IMG/VR virus record: IMGVR_UViG_3300045988_161144
Coordinates: 1 to 57,783 of that record
Length of the DNA: 57,783 nt
Source: a virus
Direction: 5' to 3' (one strand)
A program made the position numbers and the translations under genes. The notes below the pieces were generated by a model, which was not told the DNA's origin, made no database searches, and saw nothing but the letters and a program-made list of their open reading frames with translations. The number at the start of each line of letters is the position of its first letter. The first letter of the stretch is position 1. Of the stretch, positions 31,715 through 41,168 are shown piece after piece.

Positions 31715-32104
31715 TTATAATATGATTATATATATTAGTCCTATTATTAGTATAATATATAATAGTGTTCCTATTATTATTCTTATTGTGCTGTGTTCGT
31801 TGTTGTTTGGTTCTTCTGTTGTTTCTGCGTCTGTTGTGTTTGTATATATTGTTTCTGGTTCTGTTACTTGTTTAATATTTAGTACTGATTCTAAATAGGA
31901 ACATATATAATAGTATTGGTTAAAATTCATATCATATATTTTATAGATCTGTTTGCCGTTTTGATATATTGTCACTTCCTTAAAATATTCACTATGTTTA
32001 AATTTATATGTTTGTTGCTGGTTTAAGTTGCTTTCTAATATCCTTTTTATTGTTGTTTGGTTTACTGTTTGGGGGTTTCTGATGTTGTAGCCTTTAATTT
32101 TCAT
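31715..32104 (-). CDS. Tail-anchored membrane protein (129 aa)
   Basis: C-terminal hydrophobic stretch IRIIIGTLLYIILIIGLIYIIIL. Confidence 0.4.
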   Translation of the reverse strand: MKIKGYNIRNPQTVNQTTIKRILESNLNQQQTYKFKHSEYFKEVTIYQNGKQIYKIYDMNFNQYYYICSYLESVLNIKQVTEPETIYTNTTDAETTEEPNNNEHSTIRIIIGTLLYIILIIGLIYIIIL

Positions 32105-32116
32105 AATATTAAATCC

Positions 32117-32896
32117 TTATTTATAATTATTTATAATCTCTTGTAATTCTTCTATATTCTTAGCATATGATATACAATCAGGGCAATTATAACACAAATA
32201 ATTATTACAGACATTATAAATAAAGTCTTCTACCTCGTTTAATAATGTCTTGTCTTTATATATTTGTTTCCTTAATTTCTTATTTGTTATTATTTCCTTT
32301 AATGAATATTCATATTCGTAATAATTTTTTGGATCTGCTTTTATAGAATAATAATAATTTATATATTTATGATTCAGATTTGAATAATATAAACCGTCTT
32401 CCTCTATAAAGTCATCTGAGACAAATATTCCTCTTGGTGTTGCTACTGCCCATCTGCAATTTGTAGCTTGAGATAATATATCTATTCCTTGTTGGTTTGC
32501 TTTTATACCATTCCTATATTTTCTTATATATGTGGCGGTGTCGTTTAAACCTTTTTCAAGTGTTAAATTGCTTATGGTTCCATTCATAAAATATACTGGT
32601 TTTCTGCCTGTGTATTCTGTAATATTTGGGTTATTCTTCTTAAATGGGTGTGTCTGTCTTTTATTCGTGCTTCCTTTGCTGGTTATTCTAAAATGTACTA
32701 TTTTTTCATAATTCTTATTATTGTATTTCTTAAATTCTCTTAAAAATTCGTTAAATTTCATGAATCCTTTTTTATAATAAACTTTGCCATTTTCTATTAT
32801 GGCATATCCTCCTCCGTCTGGGTTTGTTTCCCATGCTTCTTTAAGTTCGTTTTCTTCTATTTCTGTTCCTATTTTTGAATAAATAATTATACACAT
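32117..32896 (-). CDS. Class-II (Ntn) glutamine amidotransferase-like protein (259 aa), N-terminal Met-Cys nucleophile
   Basis: Begins MCIIIY.. (Cys2 as in GAT-II enzymes); adjacent to amidoligase-like gene with only 2 nt between them. Confidence 0.4.
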   Translation of the reverse strand: MCIIIYSKIGTEIEENELKEAWETNPDGGGYAIIENGKVYYKKGFMKFNEFLREFKKYNNKNYEKIVHFRITSKGSTNKRQTHPFKKNNPNITEYTGRKPVYFMNGTISNLTLEKGLNDTATYIRKYRNGIKANQQGIDILSQATNCRWAVATPRGIFVSDDFIEEDGLYYSNLNHKYINYYYSIKADPKNYYEYEYSLKEIITNKKLRKQIYKDKTLLNEVEDFIYNVCNNYLCYNCPDCISYAKNIEELQEIINNYK

Positions 32897-32898
32897 AT

Positions 32899-33867
32899 TT
32901 AATATCTCCTTGGTCTGTAAATGTCTTGGACATATCTTTCTTCAATCTTGTTTCCTATCATACAAGTATTTTTATAGATAATTGTCTTTTTCTCAAATGA
33001 TTTAATATCGTCTAATATTTGAGTATTATATGATGATTCATTAAATTTATTTAAAAATTTTCTTAACATAGTGTTAGAATATCTTCTATTTTTACATATT
33101 TCAGTAACTTGTTTAATTGATAATTTATTACTGTAATTTATTAATTCAGCAATAAAATAGATCCTTGAGCCTATAAGCTCGTGGTCTGTTGATGCGGAAA
33201 AACCGCGATACTCTATAGTTTCGCTATGTTGTAGGTTTACTAAAACTTCGTGAGTTTCGTCGTCGTAATCTAAATATTCTAACATTTCAATAGCTTCTGA
33301 TACATAATCAATATTTTGACGGCACCATTTGTCCCAATCTTGGCGGTACCTACCCGATACTTTAAATAGGCACCTTTGCCACATGCTACATAAAACAATA
33401 AATTTACAAATGTTTTCTGTGCTGTCGTGGAACCAATCTATTATGTCGTAATGAATATGTAAACCGGCACCATTTCCGCCTTCTGCTGATATATTATATA
33501 ATAATTCTTCAGCTTTTTCTATTGTTTCATCAATATTTAATGCTGGGGTTATAAATTCTACTCCGTCGTTATCTATTATACTACCGTCGTAAGTAGCTAT
33601 AATATTTTTATAACTGCTCCTATATTGTTTAATGTTAATGTTTCCGTTTTTTACTTCGTTTAGTAAGCTTCTTAAGCTTACATAAGTTAATTCTATTTCC
33701 GCTCCTACTTTTTTAGTTGCGGTTTCATCTACAAATATATTATATGAATGATAGCCATATAAAAAATCGTTAAGGTTACAACACCTTAACAATATACTTT
33801 CATCAGTTATTCCCATATTATTTATTATTTCTCTATATACCATTTCTAACAACTCCTTAATAATCAC
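32899..33867 (-). CDS. Amidoligase-like enzyme (322 aa; glutamine-synthetase-like fold family)
   Basis: N-terminal VGAEIELTY and GGNGAGLHIHYD motifs resemble the amidoligase family signatures (G.E.E.. / G.H.H). Confidence 0.4.
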   Translation of the reverse strand: MIIKELLEMVYREIINNMGITDESILLRCCNLNDFLYGYHSYNIFVDETATKKVGAEIELTYVSLRSLLNEVKNGNINIKQYRSSYKNIIATYDGSIIDNDGVEFITPALNIDETIEKAEELLYNISAEGGNGAGLHIHYDIIDWFHDSTENICKFIVLCSMWQRCLFKVSGRYRQDWDKWCRQNIDYVSEAIEMLEYLDYDDETHEVLVNLQHSETIEYRGFSASTDHELIGSRIYFIAELINYSNKLSIKQVTEICKNRRYSNTMLRKFLNKFNESSYNTQILDDIKSFEKKTIIYKNTCMIGNKIEERYVQDIYRPRRY

Positions 33868-34048
33868 TACAATATAAATAATAAATGCCTTTTTCAGCGT
33901 CTTCTATGCTATTATACATTGTTTCTTCCCATTCAGTAAAAAAACAGCCTTTCCTATAACCTGAGTGTCTTTCATATATTATTCCTTTTTCTTCTTTGAG
34001 TTCAAATTTTGCATAATTTGTATTAATTATAAGTTGCATAATATACAC
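33857..34048 (-). CDS. Hypothetical small protein (63 aa)
   Basis: ORF overlapping start of amidoligase-like gene. Confidence 0.3.
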   Translation of the reverse strand: MYIMQLIINTNYAKFELKEEKGIIYERHSGYRKGCFFTEWEETMYNSIEDAEKGIYYLYCSDY

Positions 34049-34156
34049 CTTTTAATTTTTTTAAGTAATACTGTTGTACTACTCGTTACTCTATCTTATG
34101 TTCTATCTACTATTTATACTTTTTGGTTTTAGTGTGTGTTATGTTCTATATTATTG

Positions 34157-34221
34157 TTATTTTTCAGACGTTACTGTTAATGATCAACTTATTTATTTTT
34201 CAGACGTTACTGTTAATGATC
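34157..34221. repeat. Two tandem copies of 29-bp TTATTTTTCAGACGTTACTGTTAATGATC (period 36)
   Basis: Exact duplicate read directly. Confidence 0.85.
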
Positions 34222-34551
34222 CTATTTTTATATTATGATTTTTTTTATTTTCTGTCCTTGTTTTATATCTTATTTTAACACTTTATTTTAATTATTTTAC
34301 TACTTTTTACTTTAACTATTAATTTAATTGTGTGGTTCTTTAATTATTTTTATGGTGTTGGTGTTTTATTAGTTTATAGTATTGTCTTATCTATATTTAT
34401 TTGTTGATTTATTACAATTTCTTTAATTTTAATTTTATTTCATGATTTGTTTTTTATTGTGTCTGTTGCTGTTTGTGTTCGTGTTTTCTGTTGTTGCTTC
34501 AGCTTCAGCAATTGAATATATTATTATAGTTATTATATTCTTTATTGTGTT

Positions 34552-34580
34552 TATGCCTATTATGCCTATTATGCCTATTA
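34552..34580. repeat. Tandem 9-mer TATGCCTAT x3
   Basis: Read directly. Confidence 0.8.
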
Positions 34581-34677
34581 TTCATATTTTACATATTATC
34601 CACATTATATTATTTTAATATATTTTACTCATGATACAGATTATCCTGCGTCACTTACATTATATGGGTTTAGGTCT

Positions 34678-34872
34678 TTAATTCGTAGATGGTTCGGGGA
34701 TTTTTTTTAATTCGTAGATAAAATGGGTTTAATTCGTAGATAGATTTTAATTCGTAGATCATGTCCTTAATTCGTAGATAATTTATAAGTTTAATTCGTA
34801 GATGGTAAGAGTAATTTTAATTCGTAGATGGTAGATGGTTTTAGTTTACAAATAATAGTTTAATTCGTAGAT
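34678..34872. repeat. Array of eight direct 13-bp iteron-like repeats TTAATTCGTAGAT with irregular spacing (starts 34678, 34707, 34729, 34747, 34767, 34791, 34817, 34860); several extend to TTAATTCGTAGATGGTAGATGG
   Basis: Exact copies read directly in non-coding region; variable spacers 5-30 bp. Confidence 0.85.
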
Positions 34873-35485
34873 GGTAGATGGTTTAATAAAAAGATGGCTC
34901 TCCTTTAAATACTTCATTAATCAAAATTAATTATTAGAGGTTTATTAAAATTAATGTTTGAGGATTAAAATAACACGAACATAATATGTGATGGTTTTTT
35001 ATGAATTATCCAGTTTTCCCCAGCATATATTATGTTATCCAATATATTCTTCTAATTAATTTTAAACATATATTATAAATCATAAGGATTTAATGATTTA
35101 GCTCAACTCTATTATATTAAAACACTTGTTCATATTATATTAGACCTTTCTGTACATTGTTAAAAACGGGTATGACTTATAGGATAATCCAACATAATAT
35201 TAATAGATTAATTAAACCTCTAAAACAAATATTAGATAGTATAGGATTATCTAATGTGTCTTGTGTATTCAAACATTACATGAACTATTATCCTATTATA
35301 GAATGTGTGAATATTTAATTCTTGAATAAGATTATGTGATGGTATAGGTTTATTGTCTAAAGATATTCTTCATAATAATAATTTAACGGTCCCAAATTCC
35401 CATATACTGCGTATATGGGAGTTATTGTTATTATTATTGGCTTATTTTTTAATTCTGACATTTGTTCTTTTTAGATAATTAATCT

Positions 35486-35525
35486 ATATTGTCATATGAT
35501 CGCCTCCTATTGAATATGACAATAT
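35486..35525. terminator. Perfect 12-bp inverted repeat ATATTGTCATAT / ATATGACAATAT with 16-nt spacer, followed by T-rich tract; hairpin or operator
   Basis: Read directly. Confidence 0.5.
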
Positions 35526-35699
35526 TCTTTCTATTTTACTGTTTTTGTAAGTAGATTTGGATATGTTTTATTTTATATCGGATTTTTTATAGGTGTGTGT
35601 TGAATACTTATTTTTGTGGTTGATTAGGTTAGTTATTGTTGTATGTAATCATGTTTTAGTTTAGTTTTTAGATGATTATTTTTGTGTGTTTTATGTTTT

Positions 35700-35880
35700 T
35701 GTTTGTGTTATTTTTTCCATTTCCAAATCCATTTTCATTTTCATTTCCATTTCCATTTCTAAACTTGTTTTCATTTCCATTTCCTTTTTCAATCCCATTC
35801 TTATTTCATTTTTCATTTCTAATCTCATTTCCAAATCCATTTTCATTTTCATTTCCATTTCTAATTTTGTTTTTTTTGAA
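35700..35880. repeat. Block of degenerate TTCCATTT / CATTTTCATTTCC repeats including a roughly 38-bp unit present twice
   Basis: Read directly; ORFs over it translate to FPFPF / EMEMK low-complexity peptides. Confidence 0.7.
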
Positions 35881-36283
35881 TAGTTGGTGGGTGGAAAATA
35901 CCTTCCACCAATCTTCGCTTTGCACTTCAAATTCACTTCAATATTCGTGACAAAAAGGATTCTCTATCCTTCTTTTTTAAATTAGAGTATTATTTATATA
36001 TATTTATTGTTGAGAAGAAGGACTCTGGGGGGTATAAGAAGACTTTTGTTTTTATGTTTGTATAGTATAAAACAATACTATAATGAAAGTAAAATATACA
36101 CTCTCCTTTAAATACACCTATAATACAAATAAAGATATGAGATTAGAGAGAAAAAAAGAAAGTAATATGTGAGGCATATTTTTATAAATATGTTTCACAA
36201 AATTTTCCTAACAAAAAATATCTCATCTAATGATTAACAAACATAAAAAAGTAATAATAACTATACCTTGGAGGTGACAAACC

Positions 36284-36484
36284 ATGACTACTACATTACC
36301 TTTAGCACCAATCCGTAGAATAATGACTGAAGCAGGGTGTAAAAGAGTATCTGAAGATGCAGTAGCATTAATGGCTAAATATGCTGAATCAGCAATCTAC
36401 GAAGTTAGTGCAGAAGCAAAACATGCAACTGAACATGCTGGTAGAAATACTGTTCGTGTAGAAGATATTGAATTTGTAATTTAA
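36284..36484 (+). CDS. Archaeal histone (HMf/HMfB family, 66 aa)
   Basis: LPLAPIRRIM.EAG..RVSEDA ... HAGRNTVRVEDIEFV closely parallels HMfB [22 protein letters not shown] ... HAGRKTIKAEDIELA; RBS GGAGGTGA 6 nt upstream. Confidence 0.9.
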   Translation: MTTTLPLAPIRRIMTEAGCKRVSEDAVALMAKYAESAIYEVSAEAKHATEHAGRNTVRVEDIEFVI

Positions 36485-37143
36485 TATTTTCTCCATATAC
36501 ACCCATTTTTTAAGTATTTATGATTAGTCTACTATTAATGTTTTTTCTTATAATCATTGTCGTTCATTTTTTCATTATTAGTAGACTACTGATAAATATT
36601 TTATTACTAATGTCTATATTGATCTTTCTGTGGATTTGACAATATTTTTTCATCTTATTTTGATATTGTTAATTCCACACTCATTTTCTTTAATGATTCA
36701 TTTTTTTATAATTACTTTTTTTATAAACTATTAGAAAAACAATAAGTTTTATATAGTAGAATAAATAAATAAAATTTCATGTAAAAAAAATTATTAAATA
36801 ATATCCTTCGCAACATAGAACCATCAACTATTCTTAAATTCTCATATATACACCGTACTAATTTGTCTTCGTCGTAACAATTCTGAGAACACTCCATACT
36901 TTATTGTCTTTATGAGGCATAAATGAAGTGCCTTCAACTTTTCACAATATAGGTTGCACGAAACATTTTCAGATAATTTTTTTAAAAATAAGCCTTCTCC
37001 ATCAAGATAATCAAAAAGTATTATTAGAACTCTGAAAAGTATTATAAAAATTAAATAGAAACTATTATATAGTAGAAAGAATATAGTAATATTCGAGAAG
37101 CACAAATAAGTGTACTCAAAAAAACAACAAGGAGACAAACAAA

Positions 37144-37974
37144 ATGAAAAACAAAAACATAAAAACAAAAATAAAAGAATTAGAAAACAATGAAATATAC
37201 ATTGACAAATTCAATAAAGGATTAGTCATCTACAACAACAAACAAGAATATGTCATACCAGATTTGATGAGGAAAGTCACAATAAAACATGGAATAGAAA
37301 AAACCACCTTCAATCAGGAAGAACTAACACAATTATTCCTAAAACATAAAGTTTATGAAAAAATAACATCAGCAGATTACAATAGAGTATTAACTGAATA
37401 TGAATTCATAAAACAAAACATTCCAGACACATATGCATCAAAACATAAAACACCTTTCAAAGAAGCAAAAGAATATGCATTAAACTATTATATTAACAAC
37501 GAATATGTTCCAGGAGTATTGGAAAACACATTAAATATATTAGAATATTATCCGAGCATATATAATTTGCCATTGAAAGGATTCCATTACAAATACAATT
37601 ATGTCGCACAAATACTTGAAGACTACAATGTAAATCGTTTTGGGAACATCACAAAACCATTATACAATAAAACCTTCGCAGTATTAGAACATAATACAGA
37701 TACATTAATATTAAATAAATCTGGAAACAAAATAATAAATGGTGTAATATACAAAAATTCAATCAATGCTCCAAACCTACTCATGATATTATGGGGTAGA
37801 GCATATGACAATATAATGAATGATCCCAAAGTACAATATGGGTACAAATATAATCAAGAACCAGACACATACCAAGTAGCAGATTTCACTGGTTGTTTAA
37901 ATCAAATTAATGAATTATATGGTAAAGATAAAGTTGTATGTGATTTTAGAATTAACAGAGGAGTTGGATTATGA
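37144..37974 (+). CDS. Hypothetical protein (276 aa), lysogeny-region candidate
   Basis: Six-frame ORF following histone gene, translationally coupled to next small ORF. Confidence 0.4.
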   Translation: MKNKNIKTKIKELENNEIYIDKFNKGLVIYNNKQEYVIPDLMRKVTIKHGIEKTTFNQEELTQLFLKHKVYEKITSADYNRVLTEYEFIKQNIPDTYASKHKTPFKEAKEYALNYYINNEYVPGVLENTLNILEYYPSIYNLPLKGFHYKYNYVAQILEDYNVNRFGNITKPLYNKTFAVLEHNTDTLILNKSGNKIINGVIYKNSINAPNLLMILWGRAYDNIMNDPKVQYGYKYNQEPDTYQVADFTGCLNQINELYGKDKVVCDFRINRGVGL

Positions 37975-38117
37975 GGAGAATGACTAAAAATTTAGTTGTA
38001 TATGTTGAAGATTATAATGAATTGAATAATATCAAAATCAGTTCTTCAGAAACATATGATAATGTAATTATTAGAGTATTAAATGAGGTGGAGAATCGTG
38101 GCAAAGAAAGAAACTAA
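37971..38117 (+). CDS. Small RHH-like protein (48 aa), not in ORF track
   Basis: ATG overlapping the stop of the upstream gene (ATGA); beta-strand-then-helix pattern NLVVYVEDYNELNNIK. Confidence 0.3.
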   Translation: MRRMTKNLVVYVEDYNELNNIKISSSETYDNVIIRVLNEVENRGKERN

Positions 38118-38496
38118 AACTATCAAAATATCGATTGAAGCATACACGAGATTAAAACATTGGAAGAATATTGATGAATCTAATCCTCAAGCAATGCATA
38201 GGTTGCTTGAAGAATATAAATCATATGTTCATATTGAGAGTCAGGAATATGTTGTTGATTATAAAGACACATCACTTCATTTTAAAGTTGTGGGTGATGA
38301 ATTAAAATATTATCATGTTTCCGAGGATAACTGGTGGAGTTCTATTGATGCATGGGTTGATGTAGCAAATGGTTTCCATTATGTGGAAATCATTGATTTT
38401 TTCAAGAATTTCTTGTTGAAGGAATCTGCAATGATTTTACTTAAGGACATGGGTGATGAATTAGTTTATGGAGATTATATTATCAGGAAATTATAG
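38083..38496 (+). CDS. Putative DNA-binding regulator (137 aa) with RHH-like N-terminus (KTIKISIEAYTRLKHWK)
   Basis: RBS GAGGTGG upstream; RHH-like motif. Confidence 0.4.
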   Translation: MRWRIVAKKETKTIKISIEAYTRLKHWKNIDESNPQAMHRLLEEYKSYVHIESQEYVVDYKDTSLHFKVVGDELKYYHVSEDNWWSSIDAWVDVANGFHYVEIIDFFKNFLLKESAMILLKDMGDELVYGDYIIRKL

Positions 38497-38546
38497 TAAA
38501 TATTATATATTATAGCTGATATAATAAATACTATGATTATTTTTTG

Positions 38547-38565
38547 AGTGTTTTAGTGAAACACT
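38547..38565. terminator. Hairpin AGTGTTT-TAGTG-AAACACT flanked by T/A tracts, between regulator gene and int
   Basis: Perfect 7-bp stem read directly. Confidence 0.35.
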
Positions 38566-38648
38566 ACTAAAAAAATCATAGTGTTCAAGAATACTTTTCA
38601 AATGGGGTCTTGGACAATATAAATGTTTAGTGGATACAAATTATATCT

Positions 38649-39722
38649 GTGATAAATATGGTTTTCGAACAATTCGTACAAGAACGAAACTTATCAAAAG
38701 AAACAAGGCGGAGATATAAAACAATATTAAAAAAATATGCCTTGTTCAATGATATGAGTTTGGAAGAATTGTTAGATGAAGCAGACAAAGAAGAAATCAA
38801 AGGAGTAAGATGGAAAAATAGAAAACTCAAAACAAGACTAATTGAATTTAGAAAATATTTGTATAATTCATTAAGGTCATCAACTGCAAAAATGTATTTT
38901 ATAAGTGTAGTATCATTTTACAGGCATTTTGAGATAGAAATCCATAAATTACCTTCAACAAGTAATGTGAATGTTCATTCACCTGAACCAGTAGAGTTTT
39001 CAGATATTCCCACAAAAGAATTACTTCAAAAAGTGATAAACGAATCAAAAAACAATACATTCAGAACAGTAATATATTTCATGTCAAGTACAGGATTAGC
39101 AATGATTGATACATTAAATTTAACTGTTAAAGATTTCCTTACTGCATGCAATGTTGAGAGTATTGATGAATTAGATAACTTATCAGAATATGTTTCCACA
39201 TTCAAATTAAAACGGAGGAAAACTGGAAAATATTTCTATACATTTGCAACACCTGAAACAACAAAACAAATAATAAATTATATCCATTCAAAACCAAATG
39301 TGAACGTGGGTGATAAATTATTTGATATAAGTGCAGATTACTTATACCAACTGTTTCGAAAAACAAATGATAGATTAGGTAAAGGTAGAAAAAATAATCA
39401 GAGTTTGTTCAGAAGCCATATGTTAAGGAAGTATCATGCAACAACATTACTCAATTCTGGTTTGACTCTTGAACAAATAGATGCTTTACAAGGTAGGAGT
39501 AAGGAAATTACTCACCAATCATATTTTCTTGATGATCCCAAAGTTTTGAAAGAAATTTATATGGAGCATATGGATAAATTAACCATATTTGGAGATAGTG
39601 AAGAAATACAGGAATTAAAGGAGAAAAATCGAGAATACGAGGAGAAATTTGTGGAACAAGAAGAATTAATTAAGGAAATTGTTGAAGCACAGGAAAAATT
39701 AGAGAAACTATTGGAACTCTGA
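38649..39722 (+). CDS. int: Tyrosine integrase / site-specific recombinase (357 aa)
   Basis: N-terminal core-binding-like region; catalytic motifs R (RTVIYFMSSTGLA), H-x-x-R (FRSHMLRKYHATT), and C-terminal GRSKEITHQSY with Tyr. Confidence 0.85.
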   Translation: MINMVFEQFVQERNLSKETRRRYKTILKKYALFNDMSLEELLDEADKEEIKGVRWKNRKLKTRLIEFRKYLYNSLRSSTAKMYFISVVSFYRHFEIEIHKLPSTSNVNVHSPEPVEFSDIPTKELLQKVINESKNNTFRTVIYFMSSTGLAMIDTLNLTVKDFLTACNVESIDELDNLSEYVSTFKLKRRKTGKYFYTFATPETTKQIINYIHSKPNVNVGDKLFDISADYLYQLFRKTNDRLGKGRKNNQSLFRSHMLRKYHATTLLNSGLTLEQIDALQGRSKEITHQSYFLDDPKVLKEIYMEHMDKLTIFGDSEEIQELKEKNREYEEKFVEQEELIKEIVEAQEKLEKLLEL

Positions 39723-39960
39723 TTCAAATAATTATTGTTAAGTTATGTTAGGCAACCACTCCGTAACATGACTATAATTATATGAACTTCGAGTTCCAAG
39801 ATTTCATTGAGACAAACAAAATAAATGGAAGATATTTTTTAAAAAAAAAGTATCTTTTACATAATATTTTGTGTAAAATCACTCACCCGCATCAGATTTA
39901 AGATTGGGTTGAGCATATTTTATTTTGTTGTTTTCATGTATTTATAGTTTTTTCTAATTT

Positions 39961-39982
39961 TTGTGTGTTTCACAACACACAA
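39961..39982. promoter_or_regulatory. Perfect palindrome TTGTGTGTT-TCAC-AACACACAA about 120 bp upstream of the first gene of the rightward operon; candidate operator
   Basis: Read directly. Confidence 0.45.
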
Positions 39983-40104
39983 CCAAAAGATTTATATACT
40001 ATAAAGAACATAGTAATATACAAGAACAGAAAAGTAAAGGGAAAAACAACCACAAAAAAATTTCCCAAAACAGAAAACTGTTCCTAAAAAAAGGAGGCAA
40101 ACAA

Positions 40105-40266
40105 ATGGAAGAAATAACCTATAAAGGAGAACATGGAATCTTCATGACTCATGAAGAACGAAATGACTTGTTCTCATTAATAAAAAAACAATCCGACTTA
40201 GCAAAACAAGCAATGCAAAAATCTGAAGAAACAATCAGAGAGTGTAAAAATGAGTTGGCTAAATGA
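40105..40266 (+). CDS. Small protein (53 aa)
   Basis: ATG preceded by RBS AAGGAGG; the longer track ORF starting at 39961 lies over the palindrome and is unlikely. Confidence 0.35.
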   Translation: MEEITYKGEHGIFMTHEERNDLFSLIKKQSDLAKQAMQKSEETIRECKNELAK

Positions 40267-40636
40267 GATCGACAATTGCATCAAAACATCAGATGCAAAA
40301 ATCGAATTTCAAAAAAATGTTGTAGAAAAACAAGAATCCAACATTCAAAGAAAAAAAACCTGCCAACCAAGAATAAAACAAGCAAAAGCAGTAAAACAAT
40401 TAATCAGAAATATTGATTACAAAAGAAAAACAGCACTTGTCGAATCTAAGGCAGGGAAGGTTTACCCAGTAATATTAAGTGACCAAGCATTAGCCAAAAA
40501 TGTCACAGAAACAGATCTGGCAATTGTTAAAAAAGTCAATGGTTACTGGATAATGATAGATGTTGAAAAACCAATGAAAATGGATTCATCAACAGCAGAA
40601 TTATTTGATGAGGGATATGAATGGTGTCAATATTAA
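40250..40636 (+). CDS. Hypothetical protein (128 aa)
   Basis: ORF in tightly packed plus-strand operon. Confidence 0.4.
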   Translation: MSWLNEIDNCIKTSDAKIEFQKNVVEKQESNIQRKKTCQPRIKQAKAVKQLIRNIDYKRKTALVESKAGKVYPVILSDQALAKNVTETDLAIVKKVNGYWIMIDVEKPMKMDSSTAELFDEGYEWCQY

Positions 40637-40857
40637 TTAAACTAAGTAACTGGATTGATATTCATAGGAAACGAAAACTGAAAACAAAACAACCAATAAA
40701 AATAAGAATAAATAATTGGGTTATGAGGAACTTTGGATTCCTATTATTATTAATAGTCTTCCTAATGCTCATATTATTCATGATTTTCAGTTTCCAAATA
40801 GTAGGAGCATCATTAGAATCAGGCAACTATTATAACCATTTAGGTGATGTAATATGA
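40621..40857 (+). CDS. Small membrane protein (78 aa)
   Basis: TM segment FGFLLLLIVFLMLILFMIFSFQIV. Confidence 0.35.
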   Translation: MVSILIKLSNWIDIHRKRKLKTKQPIKIRINNWVMRNFGFLLLLIVFLMLILFMIFSFQIVGASLESGNYYNHLGDVI

Positions 40858-41150
40858 TGAGAAGAATGGTTAAAAGACACTTCCCATTAGCTACACCTAT
40901 TGAAATTAAAAAAATAATTTCATTAAGTGAAGCAACAAATCCTAAAAGATTAGATGAATGGTTAAATGATTATATCTACATTACAATAGAAGAATGCTAT
41001 GATAGATATGATGACTTATTAACAACCACATATGATGATTGGGTGGATAATTTCCAACCATATCAAGTAATAGAGCAATTGGCAGAAGAACAAAAATTAC
41101 CACTTATTTATTTAAGTGAAAATGCATTTTTATTAAATGTAAAAACATGA
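40854..41150 (+). CDS. Hypothetical protein (98 aa)
   Basis: Overlapping start/stop with neighbours. Confidence 0.4.
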   Translation: MMRRMVKRHFPLATPIEIKKIISLSEATNPKRLDEWLNDYIYITIEECYDRYDDLLTTTYDDWVDNFQPYQVIEQLAEEQKLPLIYLSENAFLLNVKT

Positions 41151-41168
41151 AAAAGAGGAGTTAAAAAA

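Noticed and set aside
34678-34872. Possible CRISPR array (short direct repeats with spacers)
   Set aside because: Repeat is only 13 bp, spacers are 5-30 bp and irregular, and there are no cas genes or leader. This is iteron-like, not CRISPR.
35672-35950. ORFs 35672..35950(+), 35686..35883(+), 35691..35936(-) from the ORF track
   Set aside because: They lie entirely over the TTCCATTT-type repeat block and translate to FPFPF or EMEMK low-complexity peptides. They are most likely repeat artefacts.
36842-37168. ORF 36842..37168(-) between histone and next gene
   Set aside because: It is antisense within an AT-rich intergenic region, with hydrophobic low-complexity translation and no RBS. It is likely spurious.
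39723-40104. Searched for a tRNA gene or 3-prime tRNA fragment next to the integrase as attP
   Set aside because: No cloverleaf-compatible GC-rich segment or TPsiC-like GGTTCGAATCC motif is recognisable by eye. attP remains unassigned.
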